The translations under genes were made by a program, and so were the position numbers. A stretch of 64,000 nucleotides of DNA from a virus (lineage: Duplodnaviria > Caudoviricetes), in the IMG/VR virus record IMGVR_UViG_3300045596_000094, positions 1 to 64,000 of that record; one strand, given 5' to 3'. Under the pieces are notes generated by a model, which was not told the DNA's origin, ran no database searches, and saw nothing but the letters and a program-made list of their open reading frames with translations. This document shows positions 47,991 through 57,689 of this stretch, in pieces. Numbering within the stretch: the stretch's first letter is position 1; each line of letters begins with the position of its first letter.

Positions 47991-48028
47991 GCATAAACCG
48001 AGTGCCCTGAGGCACTCAGTGGTTTATG
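47991..48028 (-). terminator. hairpin terminator flanked by GCATAAA and TTTATG
   Basis: GAGTGCC-CTGA-GGCACTC core (plus-strand reading). Confidence 0.75.
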
Positions 48029-49303
48029 TCAGTCTTCTTGGATCAGGTATTGTGATTTGATAGATAGTAACTGACCTGGTTCATAGGTCACTCTTTCTAT
48101 CGCATCAATATTGTTCACCCATTCTTCACCCGTTGCCAAGCCATTGGTACGATATAGTGGGGAACGATAAAACGTGTCCTTTAAATGTAATCGACGGAGA
48201 GTATGGTAAGTTGCTTTGTGTGTAATCTTCCAGTAAGGGTAGAGAATACCGCTTGCTGTTACGTATGGTAGTGTCACAGGGAGCTCTGATTCAAAAATCC
48301 CTGGTAACTTAGGTTGATCAATACTAATACGCTCATAGAGCAAACGAGGAGCATCCACCACGACAAAGAATGACTGCATCAATAGAAGCATTTCGGTGAT
48401 GACATCATTATCGATGACGTCGGCTAACTTCACACCGCCCCGCATATATTCTCGCTCATCTAAGTCAAGCGATGACAGATCGATCTTAGTACGGCTTTCT
48501 AAAATAATTTGCAGAACATCAAGTAAATGTAGATTGATTCTCACCACGCCACTATCGTTGACTTTTTCCACAATATCGTTAGTAGAATATAATCTTCCGC
48601 AGAACACAAAAAGGATAGTTTTATTCTCAGTGTCTTCATTTAGATTTATATAAAAACCTTCACGATATGTCGCATCAACATTATCAGGAATAGGCGCGAT
48701 CATTTCTTTGAGGATTTTGATCTGTTTAATGTCACCTATGTTTTCGAAACTAATAATTCCAATATGATTATCTTGCTCAATATATAATGAACGACCAGCT
48801 TCCTTAACAATTAATCCTTTTGAGCCGGGGATATTTAAATGCAGTAAACCGTTTACCGTGGTCAGCACACGTTTCTGAATAACGTCAACCTGCGGTATTG
48901 GCTTATAGATGTACGCATCCCGCAGATCTTCTTTTGGATATGTGTTTTCAGAATACGGATTCAGCGGGTGCGCTAATCGAACATTAAAACCAGCCTGGAT
49001 AGCGTCTGAGGCGCGAATACTTTGTTCGATTAGTTTGGGTTTAATTGTGGACCCAAAGATTGTTTTATTTCCAATGGTTGCTAACCATGAAGGGAAGACA
49101 ACATTAGAAATGGGTAATTCTTGTTGTCTTAGTTCAACTAAATTAACCCATACATGTTTTGACAAGGATGGTTCAGAAAGCTCAATGAAACCGTCCTGAT
49201 AATTGTCATAAAGCTCTTGCATTTTGACATTAGTGAGATCAACGGACACATATGGGCTATTCGAACCACGCACTCGCAAAATGGCGCTTTCGTAGCGATA
49301 CAT
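48029..49303 (-). CDS. phiKZ-like virion structural protein
   Basis: Divergent from fibre cluster; L.TVNG.LH and GI.SF..IG motifs; likely start MYRYESA. Confidence 0.6.
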   Translation of the reverse strand: MYRYESAILRVRGSNSPYVSVDLTNVKMQELYDNYQDGFIELSEPSLSKHVWVNLVELRQQELPISNVVFPSWLATIGNKTIFGSTIKPKLIEQSIRASDAIQAGFNVRLAHPLNPYSENTYPKEDLRDAYIYKPIPQVDVIQKRVLTTVNGLLHLNIPGSKGLIVKEAGRSLYIEQDNHIGIISFENIGDIKQIKILKEMIAPIPDNVDATYREGFYINLNEDTENKTILFVFCGRLYSTNDIVEKVNDSGVVRINLHLLDVLQIILESRTKIDLSSLDLDEREYMRGGVKLADVIDNDVITEMLLLMQSFFVVVDAPRLLYERISIDQPKLPGIFESELPVTLPYVTASGILYPYWKITHKATYHTLRRLHLKDTFYRSPLYRTNGLATGEEWVNNIDAIERVTYEPGQLLSIKSQYLIQED

Positions 49304-49370
49304 AGCGAACCCTCTATCTGGTATGATATGAACATCTTTCTTAACATACAATTAGTGGAAGGTATAAGAT

Positions 49371-51113
49371 ATGGCCGTTAGTTATCCATACGACCCATCG
49401 GGGGTTGCTAGTACCAACCTTATCGTCGATGAACTTCATTCGGTTCAACCTCCCTCAGACATTACTCATGCCTCTTTTATCGTCCTCCACGCTGCTCCGT
49501 TTTTCATGGAAGGTGTTGAAGTTTATACAGGTAAGAATAAATCTGGGACACGTTTGATCCCGAACGTCGATTACATTTATACACATAAATTCGTAGCAGG
49601 CACGCAGTACCTTGGTCGCATCATTTACGGTGGGATCATGTTTACAAACCAGAACTATACTGGTAACGTGTATGTCACCTATCAAACCCTAGGTGGTGAT
49701 TTCACCGTAAACGACGTTGCTATTATTGAACGTATTACTAATGAAGTCTATTCGGATGTCCGTTTTGTAACTTGGGATCAAATCCAAGGTGTACCTTCGG
49801 CATTTCCACCAGATGCACATCAGCATACTGTAAATGATATTAAAACATTAGATGACGTACATCTAGCATTAGAAAATATTGCTGCGGCTATTTTAGCCGG
49901 TGGTCAGTCAGGCGGTGGTGATAGTGGTGCATTGGCTTTAATCACTCAGCATTTATCGAATCAATCAACTGCACACACCCCATCTGCCGTGGGTTTAGGT
50001 TTAGTTGCTAACTATAAAGTTGCAACGGAAGCAGAAGCTCTAGCTCTGCGTACCGATCGATATATGACCCCTCAAGTGACCGGCTATCTCATTGCTCGAT
50101 ATATCGCAAACCAGAACATCGGTGATATCCGCGTTAAAGTTCAGGTATTAGAAGAAAGCGTTGACCGTATTAAATTGCAGATCAATGACATCCTACAGTC
50201 GATCAATGATCAGAGTGATAGTTTGGCTGATATGGCTACTTCTATATCTGCGTTCCGACGCGAACTCGATATCATGAATGAAAATATCGGTGATATGCAG
50301 CAACAGGTCATGAATGCAACAGCAACCGCAAATACAGCTATGGCTGTAGCGAATGCTGCTGACGGAAATATGCAAGACATGATTAGTCGTGTCCATGACA
50401 TTCTTTACGTGAACAACTCAATACTTCCAGTTGGTAGTCATTTCCTTACTATTCCAGCGGGTTCTAAACTACAAGTAACTCTAGTAGGTGCTGGTGGTGG
50501 TTCAGGTAAACATCATGTATTGAGTTCTGATGGAATACGTTTTGGCGGTAATTTAATGCCTGGTGAAGAATCTACCTTATTCTTCTTAGGTACTCGTAAA
50601 CTACCGTTAGAACCAACTCCTCTCGCTATTGCCGGTGGTGGTCAGTCTGGTATGAACAACTGGGGTGATGCTGGCGCTGTGGCTGGTGGTGCTGGTGGTA
50701 AAAGTTGGACCTTCCGTGGGAACCGTGTGAAAGTAAGCGAGATTAAAAATATTAATCTCGTGAATGACCTCATTGAATCTGCTGCTGAAAACCATGGCAC
50801 CGCAGGTACCAGTGGTGACAGTGCAAACACTGAAAGAAATGTAGCTGGTGTTGGTGGGTTCTACATTAACGCAACTGGTGATGCGTATCGGCAACTATAT
50901 GGTAAAGGTTGTCCTGGTTCTACCCGAGCTTCATTGGGTGGTTCTGGTGGTAAGTGTGTTTACATTATTGATAATGATGGCACTGAAGATATACGCATCG
51001 GTATTGTTGTTGGTCGCCACGGTACATCTTCGCGCAATGCGTTATCAACGCCGGTTACTTACTTATCAGCAATTGAATCGAATGGTGTAGCCATCGTTCA
51101 ATTAGTCAACTAA
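49371..51113 (+). CDS. baseplate/tail-fibre protein with coiled coil and Gly-rich tip
   Basis: YP.DP.G....NLI..E.H and APFF N-domain (phiKZ gp131-135-like family), W.QI...P..FPP..H.H, coiled coil, GAGGG/GGAGG/GGSGG C-domain. Confidence 0.75.
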   Translation: MAVSYPYDPSGVASTNLIVDELHSVQPPSDITHASFIVLHAAPFFMEGVEVYTGKNKSGTRLIPNVDYIYTHKFVAGTQYLGRIIYGGIMFTNQNYTGNVYVTYQTLGGDFTVNDVAIIERITNEVYSDVRFVTWDQIQGVPSAFPPDAHQHTVNDIKTLDDVHLALENIAAAILAGGQSGGGDSGALALITQHLSNQSTAHTPSAVGLGLVANYKVATEAEALALRTDRYMTPQVTGYLIARYIANQNIGDIRVKVQVLEESVDRIKLQINDILQSINDQSDSLADMATSISAFRRELDIMNENIGDMQQQVMNATATANTAMAVANAADGNMQDMISRVHDILYVNNSILPVGSHFLTIPAGSKLQVTLVGAGGGSGKHHVLSSDGIRFGGNLMPGEESTLFFLGTRKLPLEPTPLAIAGGGQSGMNNWGDAGAVAGGAGGKSWTFRGNRVKVSEIKNINLVNDLIESAAENHGTAGTSGDSANTERNVAGVGGFYINATGDAYRQLYGKGCPGSTRASLGGSGGKCVYIIDNDGTEDIRIGIVVGRHGTSSRNALSTPVTYLSAIESNGVAIVQLVN

Positions 51114-51132
51114 CAATGAAAAGAGGTAGGTT

Positions 51133-53097
51133 ATGAACTTTCGTGAACCTTCAAGACCGTATGACCCTACCGCATCGTCATTGCAGAATTTGGTAATCGC
51201 TGAAAAACGACCATTGGGAACGAATGAATACTATATTTTCGTTCCTTCCCATGGTCCGTATTATTCTGATTCTCTTAAAGTGTATAGTGGTGGTAAACTA
51301 CTAGAAAGAGAAAAGGATTATCGTACGTTAGTGCACCATCCTCGAGCATCTGGAGTGACAGCGAAAGAGGTTAGCGTTTGTGTTCAGATCATTAACACAT
51401 CTTTAACTGAAGTTGACATTACATATCAGGTTGTTGGTGGCGGTTTCCAATGTCTTTTTGAGATTATAAAACTCATCAAGGACAGTTATGGCGATAAGGT
51501 ACTGCGCCCGATTCTCTGGCATGAAATTATTGGTAAGCCTGATAGTTTCAATCCAGCAGCGCATTGGCATGTGGTTTGGGATATTTCAGGTTGGGAGAAG
51601 ATTATTACCCCAATTGACCAGATTCGCCAAGCTATCACATTTAAGAAGCAGCAAGCTTACCGTGATATTTACGACTATTATTACGCCAAACAAATTGCCC
51701 ATCAAAATGATGTGGATTCGCGAATCGCGACACTGTGGCAGAAAGCCGAAGCTGTCTGGTCTAAAATCCGACCGCCTGTTGGTATTGTGACAATTACCAC
51801 TAAACCAAATCTCACATTTCCTGATGGGGACTACGTTGAGATGAAGAACACTCTTCTCTGGGGTGTGAGTGCCGATGGTGATTTAGGTAAAACTTGGAAT
51901 GTGAGTAAAGACTTAGTTTTCCCATATCCCGATAACCTGTTATTGAACGAGAAAGAATATCCTATCCTTCAAGAGAAAGATGAATTCATTTTCTTAGATA
52001 ACGAACACCCTGTAAGTCCAAAGGTTACCCATACCGAGGAATATTGGGAAGAAATTGATGAGTTGTTTGATGCACTCACTGTGAAGATCTGGAAGAAGAC
52101 CACCCAGGGTGGGGAATTCAGAGCTACACTTACAGCGGCGCCTACGACCATCAATGAAAATGAGGTTACCTTATTCACCCTAAATACTGTCGGGTTTGCA
52201 CAGGGTACCCAAGTACCATATCGTTTAACAGGAATTGGTCCTAACAACGTGAATGTACCTCTGGATGGTGTGGTAACAATTAACTCAGTAGGGGTAGGTA
52301 CTCTCGCGGTTAAATTGGTTGCGGGTAGTCCTCGAACTGATACCGATACCATGCGTTGCGATATGTTGGTTGCTGGTGGATTAAACGCTTCGGTCAAGTA
52401 TAATCTATTATCCAACGTAATTCAATCCACAGACACCACATTACATCAGTATGCGAATGGCCCTTTACTCACTTCACCAATTGTGCGTGGTGATTGGTAT
52501 GTCATGAAAATTGTACATCGCGGAATGAATGGTAAAAACTTGAAAATTAATTTCGGTTTGACTGTGAATGATCGTGTTACGATTAATGACGTACTTATAG
52601 CCGGGAATGCCGATTATACATACGCTGTTCCAGCTACTGGTAAATACGTAACGTTGAAATTCTGCGTTACATCTAGAGCGAATATTGTAAGCAATTCAGC
52701 TACGCTGAAACTTACAACGGCTTCAGGGGTGGTGGAATCTTTACCCTATTCCTTAGATATTTTCGAGTTCATCGCTCTGGAAGCCTATAGTCCTGCAACG
52801 GGTGAAGTTCTTCCTTCTATCCATTACCATCAGTCTTTTAGACTTCGTGTAAAGCAGAACTCTAGAGACAATCCGGTAGTTGATTTAAGATTAACTGGCA
52901 ATACCACTACAGGCGTTATTTCCCCTAGTTTTATCCCACCACTTTATTGTGATCGTAACGGTGTTGGTGAGTCTGGGACATACAGTCTGGATGAAATCAG
53001 CGGTACAGCGATGACCGCAGGAAAGCTGACGTTCGTAGCGGTAGAACAACAGCTCAAAAAGATCCAGATTACTTTGGATCTCCCCGTAATAGTCTAG
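51133..53097 (+). CDS. baseplate/tail-fibre paralog with Ig/Calx-beta-like domains
   Basis: Same N-domain (YDPT....NL, FVP..GP, W..I.GKP..F.P..H.H); LTA..T.INE.....FTL.T.....GT.VPY..TG. Confidence 0.7.
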   Translation: MNFREPSRPYDPTASSLQNLVIAEKRPLGTNEYYIFVPSHGPYYSDSLKVYSGGKLLEREKDYRTLVHHPRASGVTAKEVSVCVQIINTSLTEVDITYQVVGGGFQCLFEIIKLIKDSYGDKVLRPILWHEIIGKPDSFNPAAHWHVVWDISGWEKIITPIDQIRQAITFKKQQAYRDIYDYYYAKQIAHQNDVDSRIATLWQKAEAVWSKIRPPVGIVTITTKPNLTFPDGDYVEMKNTLLWGVSADGDLGKTWNVSKDLVFPYPDNLLLNEKEYPILQEKDEFIFLDNEHPVSPKVTHTEEYWEEIDELFDALTVKIWKKTTQGGEFRATLTAAPTTINENEVTLFTLNTVGFAQGTQVPYRLTGIGPNNVNVPLDGVVTINSVGVGTLAVKLVAGSPRTDTDTMRCDMLVAGGLNASVKYNLLSNVIQSTDTTLHQYANGPLLTSPIVRGDWYVMKIVHRGMNGKNLKINFGLTVNDRVTINDVLIAGNADYTYAVPATGKYVTLKFCVTSRANIVSNSATLKLTTASGVVESLPYSLDIFEFIALEAYSPATGEVLPSIHYHQSFRLRVKQNSRDNPVVDLRLTGNTTTGVISPSFIPPLYCDRNGVGESGTYSLDEISGTAMTAGKLTFVAVEQQLKKIQITLDLPVIV

Positions 53098-53109
53098 GAG
53101 TAAAATCAC

Positions 53110-53937
53110 ATGGCTGACTATAGCCTCGATTTGGCTGCAACAAATCCAGCCAACTATATTACCGATACGTATAGACGAGGTACTGGCGCGTGGATATTTG
53201 TTCCTGTGGCTGGTGCTTTCTTTACTCGTGATCTGGTCTTAACAAATACCGTCAATGGTAGACAACTCGAACCTCAAACACAATATCGGGCTTTACATAC
53301 TCAAAAAGAAGCCACTTGGGATTCTGCTAAAGAAGTATGTACTGTGTTAGTGATACTTGATGCTGCCGTCAATGAGGTCGCAGTAACGCGACGGGTAGTG
53401 GGTGGTAAGTTTCAGATTGTCGGCAGTGATGTAGAGAAGATCATCACTGAAGAAGATATTAACAATATCAACTCCTCTACGTGGGGCCAGGTAATCGGGC
53501 AACCTTATCAATTTCCTTTTGATCCGCACAAACACTATACCGAAGATGTCTACGGTTTAGAGCATGTGGTCTATCTATTAGATGAAATTCGTGGATCTAT
53601 CGGCACTGGTGATAAAAATGCTTTTGGTATGGTTTATCAGTTTATCGATAAACAGTTTACTGTGTTAAGTGAAGAAACCGATACTAAACTCAAGCAAATT
53701 GAATCAATCATTGACAATATTGAAGGTAACCGTAAATGGAAACCCGGGGTAATTGTTGCAATGACTAACAACACAAATCCAGCAACCGCGATTGGGTACG
53801 GAACATGGCGTAAACTGACTAACACGCTTCTTTATGGTGTAAACCTCGACAGCGAGTTGGGGCAACGTAAGAAGGTAGGTGAGGGTCCGGATTATCTCAT
53901 GACTGGTGTCTATTACTGGGAACTGGTTAGCGTATAG
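53110..53937 (+). CDS. baseplate/tail-fibre paralog with T4 gp10 C-terminal-like domain
   Basis: Same N-domain; PG.I......NPA..IG.GTW and VYYW C-domain. Confidence 0.7.
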   Translation: MADYSLDLAATNPANYITDTYRRGTGAWIFVPVAGAFFTRDLVLTNTVNGRQLEPQTQYRALHTQKEATWDSAKEVCTVLVILDAAVNEVAVTRRVVGGKFQIVGSDVEKIITEEDINNINSSTWGQVIGQPYQFPFDPHKHYTEDVYGLEHVVYLLDEIRGSIGTGDKNAFGMVYQFIDKQFTVLSEETDTKLKQIESIIDNIEGNRKWKPGVIVAMTNNTNPATAIGYGTWRKLTNTLLYGVNLDSELGQRKKVGEGPDYLMTGVYYWELVSV

Positions 53938-53946
53938 GAATGAGTT

Positions 53947-54810
53947 ATGTTTGACAGTCTTTTAAATCTTTGGAATAAATGGTTTGGTGGATCCACTACA
54001 CCAACACCTTCGGAACCAGAAGTCGTTTCACACGGCAGTCACGTACATCTCAAATATAACCTACAATTAGGTGTAATTGATACCCCAATTCCTGGAGAGA
54101 TTAACGGTGACCAATGGGATAGTTTTAATCCCAACCCATTAGCTTCTTCAGTACAGGCTTTGGTTGCTTCTGATGAATTCAAAGCGAGTGCTGCGCTGGC
54201 TAAGCGCCTAACAAAACAAACGATCATTGCTGCAGTGATCGATGTCGAAGCTGGTTACGTGAATCATCCTAACGATAAAGGTGGTGAAACTAACTTTGGT
54301 ATTACCAAAGCGGTGGCTGCTGAAAATAAAACCATGTTGGTGAAGAAATTCAACTGGGATGGTACGATGAAAGGGTTGTCGTACGATATGGCTTTCGCTT
54401 TATACGAACTACAATACTGGACACCGTTACGTTTAGATGACATCGTGAACATCGAACCTTTATTGGCCGATAAGTTATTTGATATTGGTGTGAACTGCGG
54501 CGTATCTCGTTCAGGACTTTGGTTAAAACAAATTCTGAACGTTTTAAACCGTGAAGGTAAGGACTATGCCGATATCAGCACAACCACAGGGTTTGTTGGT
54601 GATCAGACAGTGCAAACGATCAAATCTTTAGTTCGTGTGCGCGGACATAAGCCCGCAATGAAAGCTTTGTTGACTGCGCTTCTTTGTCGGCAAGGTTATC
54701 ACTACATCGATATCAGTATCAGTCGTCCGGCAAACGAAGCGTTTACTTTTGGTTGGTTGACTAATCGAATGCAACATCATCTAGATCTCTATTCTGAGCT
54801 ATTTGGTTGA
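53947..54810 (+). CDS. glycoside hydrolase family 108 lysozyme (endolysin)
   Basis: EAGYVNHPNDKGGETNFGIT signature; YW, LFD.GVN.G; PG-binding C-terminus ending F.FGW..NR. Confidence 0.92.
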   Translation: MFDSLLNLWNKWFGGSTTPTPSEPEVVSHGSHVHLKYNLQLGVIDTPIPGEINGDQWDSFNPNPLASSVQALVASDEFKASAALAKRLTKQTIIAAVIDVEAGYVNHPNDKGGETNFGITKAVAAENKTMLVKKFNWDGTMKGLSYDMAFALYELQYWTPLRLDDIVNIEPLLADKLFDIGVNCGVSRSGLWLKQILNVLNREGKDYADISTTTGFVGDQTVQTIKSLVRVRGHKPAMKALLTALLCRQGYHYIDISISRPANEAFTFGWLTNRMQHHLDLYSELFG

Positions 54811-54836
54811 TGTTAAATAAAAAAAGCATAAGCTTG

Positions 54837-54874
54837 ATAGAGTAGAGTCCGAAAGGACTCTACTCTATTTATGC
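54837..54874. terminator. bidirectional terminator, TATGC on both sides
   Basis: ATAGAGTAGAGTCC-GAAA-GGACTCTACTCTAT-TTATGC; GCATAA upstream at 54826. Confidence 0.8.
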
Positions 54875-55080
54875 CATTTCGAATGGGCAATCTTGTTGTG
54901 GTGAATTCGTTTAATTAAATAACCAGACCCCATGAGGAATAAACCAAAGAAGACAGTGGCTAAACCAAGTAAGATCAGACCCGCAACAGAACGACTGATG
55001 GTGTAAACAAATATAGTTAAGCATGTCATTCCGATAAAACAGAACTTGTAAAAATTGTGAAGGATTGTTAATAAAAGCAT
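54865..55080 (-). CDS. small two-TM membrane protein
   Basis: 71 aa, two hydrophobic helices, AAGGA RBS. Confidence 0.65.
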   Translation of the reverse strand: MLLLTILHNFYKFCFIGMTCLTIFVYTISRSVAGLILLGLATVFFGLFLMGSGYLIKRIHHNKIAHSKWHK

Positions 55081-55110
55081 GAGGTTGATTCCTTAATGAT
55101 AGACATAGAT

Positions 55111-55136
55111 ATACTGCACTCCGAAGAGCACAGTAT
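55111..55136 (-). terminator. UUCG hairpin terminator followed by TATGT
   Basis: ATACTGTGCTC-TTCG-GAGTGCAGTAT. Confidence 0.7.
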
Positions 55137-55144
55137 TGAAACGA

Positions 55145-55663
55145 TTACGATTCTTTTGAAAAGACTTCAATGATCTTAGGGTGTTTTAAACGTTTAATAT
55201 CCACGGAGCGTAGTTGACGGTTCTTCTTATACGTTCCGTCAAGGATATCCTTCATTCCACGGGTTGTGTGCTCAATACCTCTGACAATAGAACGCCATCG
55301 CATCACCACCAAGGCATTTTGATCTGAATCATTGAGTTTGTCTTCGCCGAGACTTGCGCGAAATTCTTGATGTTTTGATTTATCTGAAAGAAGTTCTTGG
55401 GCTGATTTAAGAAGTAAGATAGTGAGTTTATTGAAGACTGAACTATCTTTTTCATCTAAACGTTGTAAGCGATGAATGATGGCTTCTAATAAAAGTTCAT
55501 TACTGACCCCATTAACATCAGAAGCTAACGTTCCTTGCTGGAAAGGGAGTTCTTCAACATGAATAATCCCTTCTGCATTAGCTCGATATTCAACCACATA
55601 CACACCGTCTTCAAAACACAATTTGTTCCCTAAAGGGTCGGTATAGATATGTTGATTATTCAC
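55145..55663 (-). CDS. Tad1-like protein, diverged, with C-terminal extension
   Basis: FQQG....DVNGVSNE.LL...I.RL....N.L.I..L..A matches recalled Tad1 FQEGP...GVNGV.NEDL...I.RL..F...REN..AI..LE.A. Confidence 0.65.
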   Translation of the reverse strand: MNNQHIYTDPLGNKLCFEDGVYVVEYRANAEGIIHVEELPFQQGTLASDVNGVSNELLLEAIIHRLQRLDEKDSSVFNKLTILLLKSAQELLSDKSKHQEFRASLGEDKLNDSDQNALVVMRWRSIVRGIEHTTRGMKDILDGTYKKNRQLRSVDIKRLKHPKIIEVFSKES

Positions 55664-56000
55664 GAGTTGGTTTCATCCCACGAGTTTCTGCAACCATCTG
55701 TTCGAAAGTTTTGAAATAGGGGATTTCGCTACTATCGTCTAAATCATCATCCAGTTCAGCTGCCAAGGTAGCTTCTGTTTTCTTCTTACGCATTTCTTCG
55801 ATCGCCTGAACCGTGCGGTCTCGATCAAACTGTTTCAAAATAGGGATTAGTCGGTCTATGAGATTAGCCCAAGGATACCCCGAGCACGTTGGGCTGCGGG
55901 TAAGATTAGAGATTCGTCTTAAAACATCCCGCATCTTCTCTTCATTGTTTTCAGCAATGAAGAGATTAGTTTCTTGTTCAAGAACTTGATAAGAATTCAC
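55656..56000 (-). CDS. hypothetical protein
   Basis: 114 aa, GTG start, GGAG RBS. Confidence 0.7.
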   Translation of the reverse strand: MNSYQVLEQETNLFIAENNEEKMRDVLRRISNLTRSPTCSGYPWANLIDRLIPILKQFDRDRTVQAIEEMRKKKTEATLAAELDDDLDDSSEIPYFKTFEQMVAETRGMKPTRE

Positions 56001-57004
56001 TATTTACTCCCGTTAATTTCATTGGTCAAAGTTTTAGAAGTTGTCCCATAACGTACTAATTGGGGTTCAATGGTTTCTTTAATGAACGTACGTAGTAGGG
56101 CTTCGTTTGGATGTGGTGGGGTGATTAAGTAATCCGCTAAATCTTTGTAGGCGTTTGGGTGACTTAGGATACTTAGCAAGATTTCATTTGTAACAGTACC
56201 GAACGCGAGTTTATACGCGTGGATTGCACGATGGTAGACCTGGTAGTCTTCCTCTTCTTGCAAAGAAGGGTTGAGTTTCCAGATGTTTTCCATAATAGCA
56301 CTAATGGTCGGGTTCGCCTTATCTAATAAAGGATTGCTTGATGAAGCAATAGCTTCTGCAATTGAATCACCAGAAACCCAGAAACCTTTTTCATGCATTG
56401 CAAATGCAAATAGAATAGACTTAGATGGGCGGAAGGTTGAACTCACTCGATTAATATTGGCATCGAAGTTTTGTTGCACAAACCAATCTTTTCCAGAGTA
56501 AGCACGTAAGGTCAAAACGCCTTCATTTACTTTCGGAATGATTTCGTTCACACCAGTATAGGTGAAGCTGTAGGATTCATCAAATGGAATCAATGAAAGA
56601 TTACCGATCTCTTTACGGAAGTACGCCGGTGTTGGTTCGTCGTCTAAACGAATAATCTCGATCAATGCAATGGGCGCATGCGTGCCTAGAACGGCTTGGG
56701 TCAACAGAGCCGGAAGGTTTCCTAATGTATCATATTCACGAATTAAATCGGTATTAGGTACATAGATCTCATAATCGATCCATTGAAATTCAGCAGCAAC
56801 GCCATCTGGCGGAGTGATTATCGTTTTAACTTTACGAAGTACCTTACCTTGTTTCAGTAAGGTTTCTAGAAAAACGTCTAAGGTATTTACATAGTCTTCA
56901 GAAATTGAGATTCGTGCTAAGGTGACTTCTTTTAACGGGAGATTACTGTTTTCCAAATTTATTTTGTACGAGTTTTCGTAAGATAACATTTCTATTTTCC
57001 TCAA
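56000..57004 (-). CDS. hypothetical protein
   Basis: 334 aa ORF; start uncertain. Confidence 0.75.
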   Translation of the reverse strand: MRKIEMLSYENSYKINLENSNLPLKEVTLARISISEDYVNTLDVFLETLLKQGKVLRKVKTIITPPDGVAAEFQWIDYEIYVPNTDLIREYDTLGNLPALLTQAVLGTHAPIALIEIIRLDDEPTPAYFRKEIGNLSLIPFDESYSFTYTGVNEIIPKVNEGVLTLRAYSGKDWFVQQNFDANINRVSSTFRPSKSILFAFAMHEKGFWVSGDSIAEAIASSSNPLLDKANPTISAIMENIWKLNPSLQEEEDYQVYHRAIHAYKLAFGTVTNEILLSILSHPNAYKDLADYLITPPHPNEALLRTFIKETIEPQLVRYGTTSKTLTNEINGSK

Positions 57005-57641
57005 ATTTCTTAAAAGACCAACCGTTCATTTTATCACAGGTTCTTGGTCGGTGTCTGAACTCAGTGTTATGCGGATCTAAAGGATCGTATTCGTAGTTAA
57101 TGGTAGCTACATTTTCGATTTCAAATCGCTCATTGTCTAGACCATCATCGTAAGGTAGAACTGGGTAACTATCAATACGGATCATAAAGGCATCAGTACC
57201 GCTATCCATAAAATCCATCGCGATTTCAGCTAAGAGGCGTCTAATCTCCGGCAAGGTGTTACGTTGACGATGTTTATAGGTAAGTTCGTAATGATCCAAT
57301 TCTTCATTACTTAAACCTTCAGATTCCACCCCTCGAGGAAGAGAATATATGGTGATCTTAACATCCCAATAGATTCGCATTAACATGTAAAGATCTATAT
57401 TTGGGCCGACCTTTTCATATGTCTTGGTCAAAAGATTAATTCGGAAATACGCCTTTCCGTAATCATGAACCAAAGCTTCCATAAGTTCACGGGTCTGCCC
57501 TTTATCCATTGATTCTAATCGCCCTAGGGCAACGGCAGTTTCATTTCGTCTATTAAATAAACCTGTGGTTGCTAGGTTGTTTGAGTGGGTTATGGTTTTA
57601 GGGCGATACGCTTTCTTACGATTCTTTGGTTTAAGTGCCAT
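56943..57641 (-). CDS. hypothetical protein
   Basis: 232 aa, AAGGA RBS, basic N-terminus. Confidence 0.75.
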   Translation of the reverse strand: MALKPKNRKKAYRPKTITHSNNLATTGLFNRRNETAVALGRLESMDKGQTRELMEALVHDYGKAYFRINLLTKTYEKVGPNIDLYMLMRIYWDVKITIYSLPRGVESEGLSNEELDHYELTYKHRQRNTLPEIRRLLAEIAMDFMDSGTDAFMIRIDSYPVLPYDDGLDNERFEIENVATINYEYDPLDPHNTEFRHRPRTCDKMNGWSFKKFEENRNVILRKLVQNKFGKQ

Positions 57642-57689
57642 GATAATTCTATTCCTTGATAAGGTGATTTTTACGTTGGGTGCAGCTAA

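Noticed and set aside
54865-55080. Holin call for the 2-TM gene beside the lysozyme
   Set aside because: Opposite strand, separated by a terminator, and no holin family motif recognised
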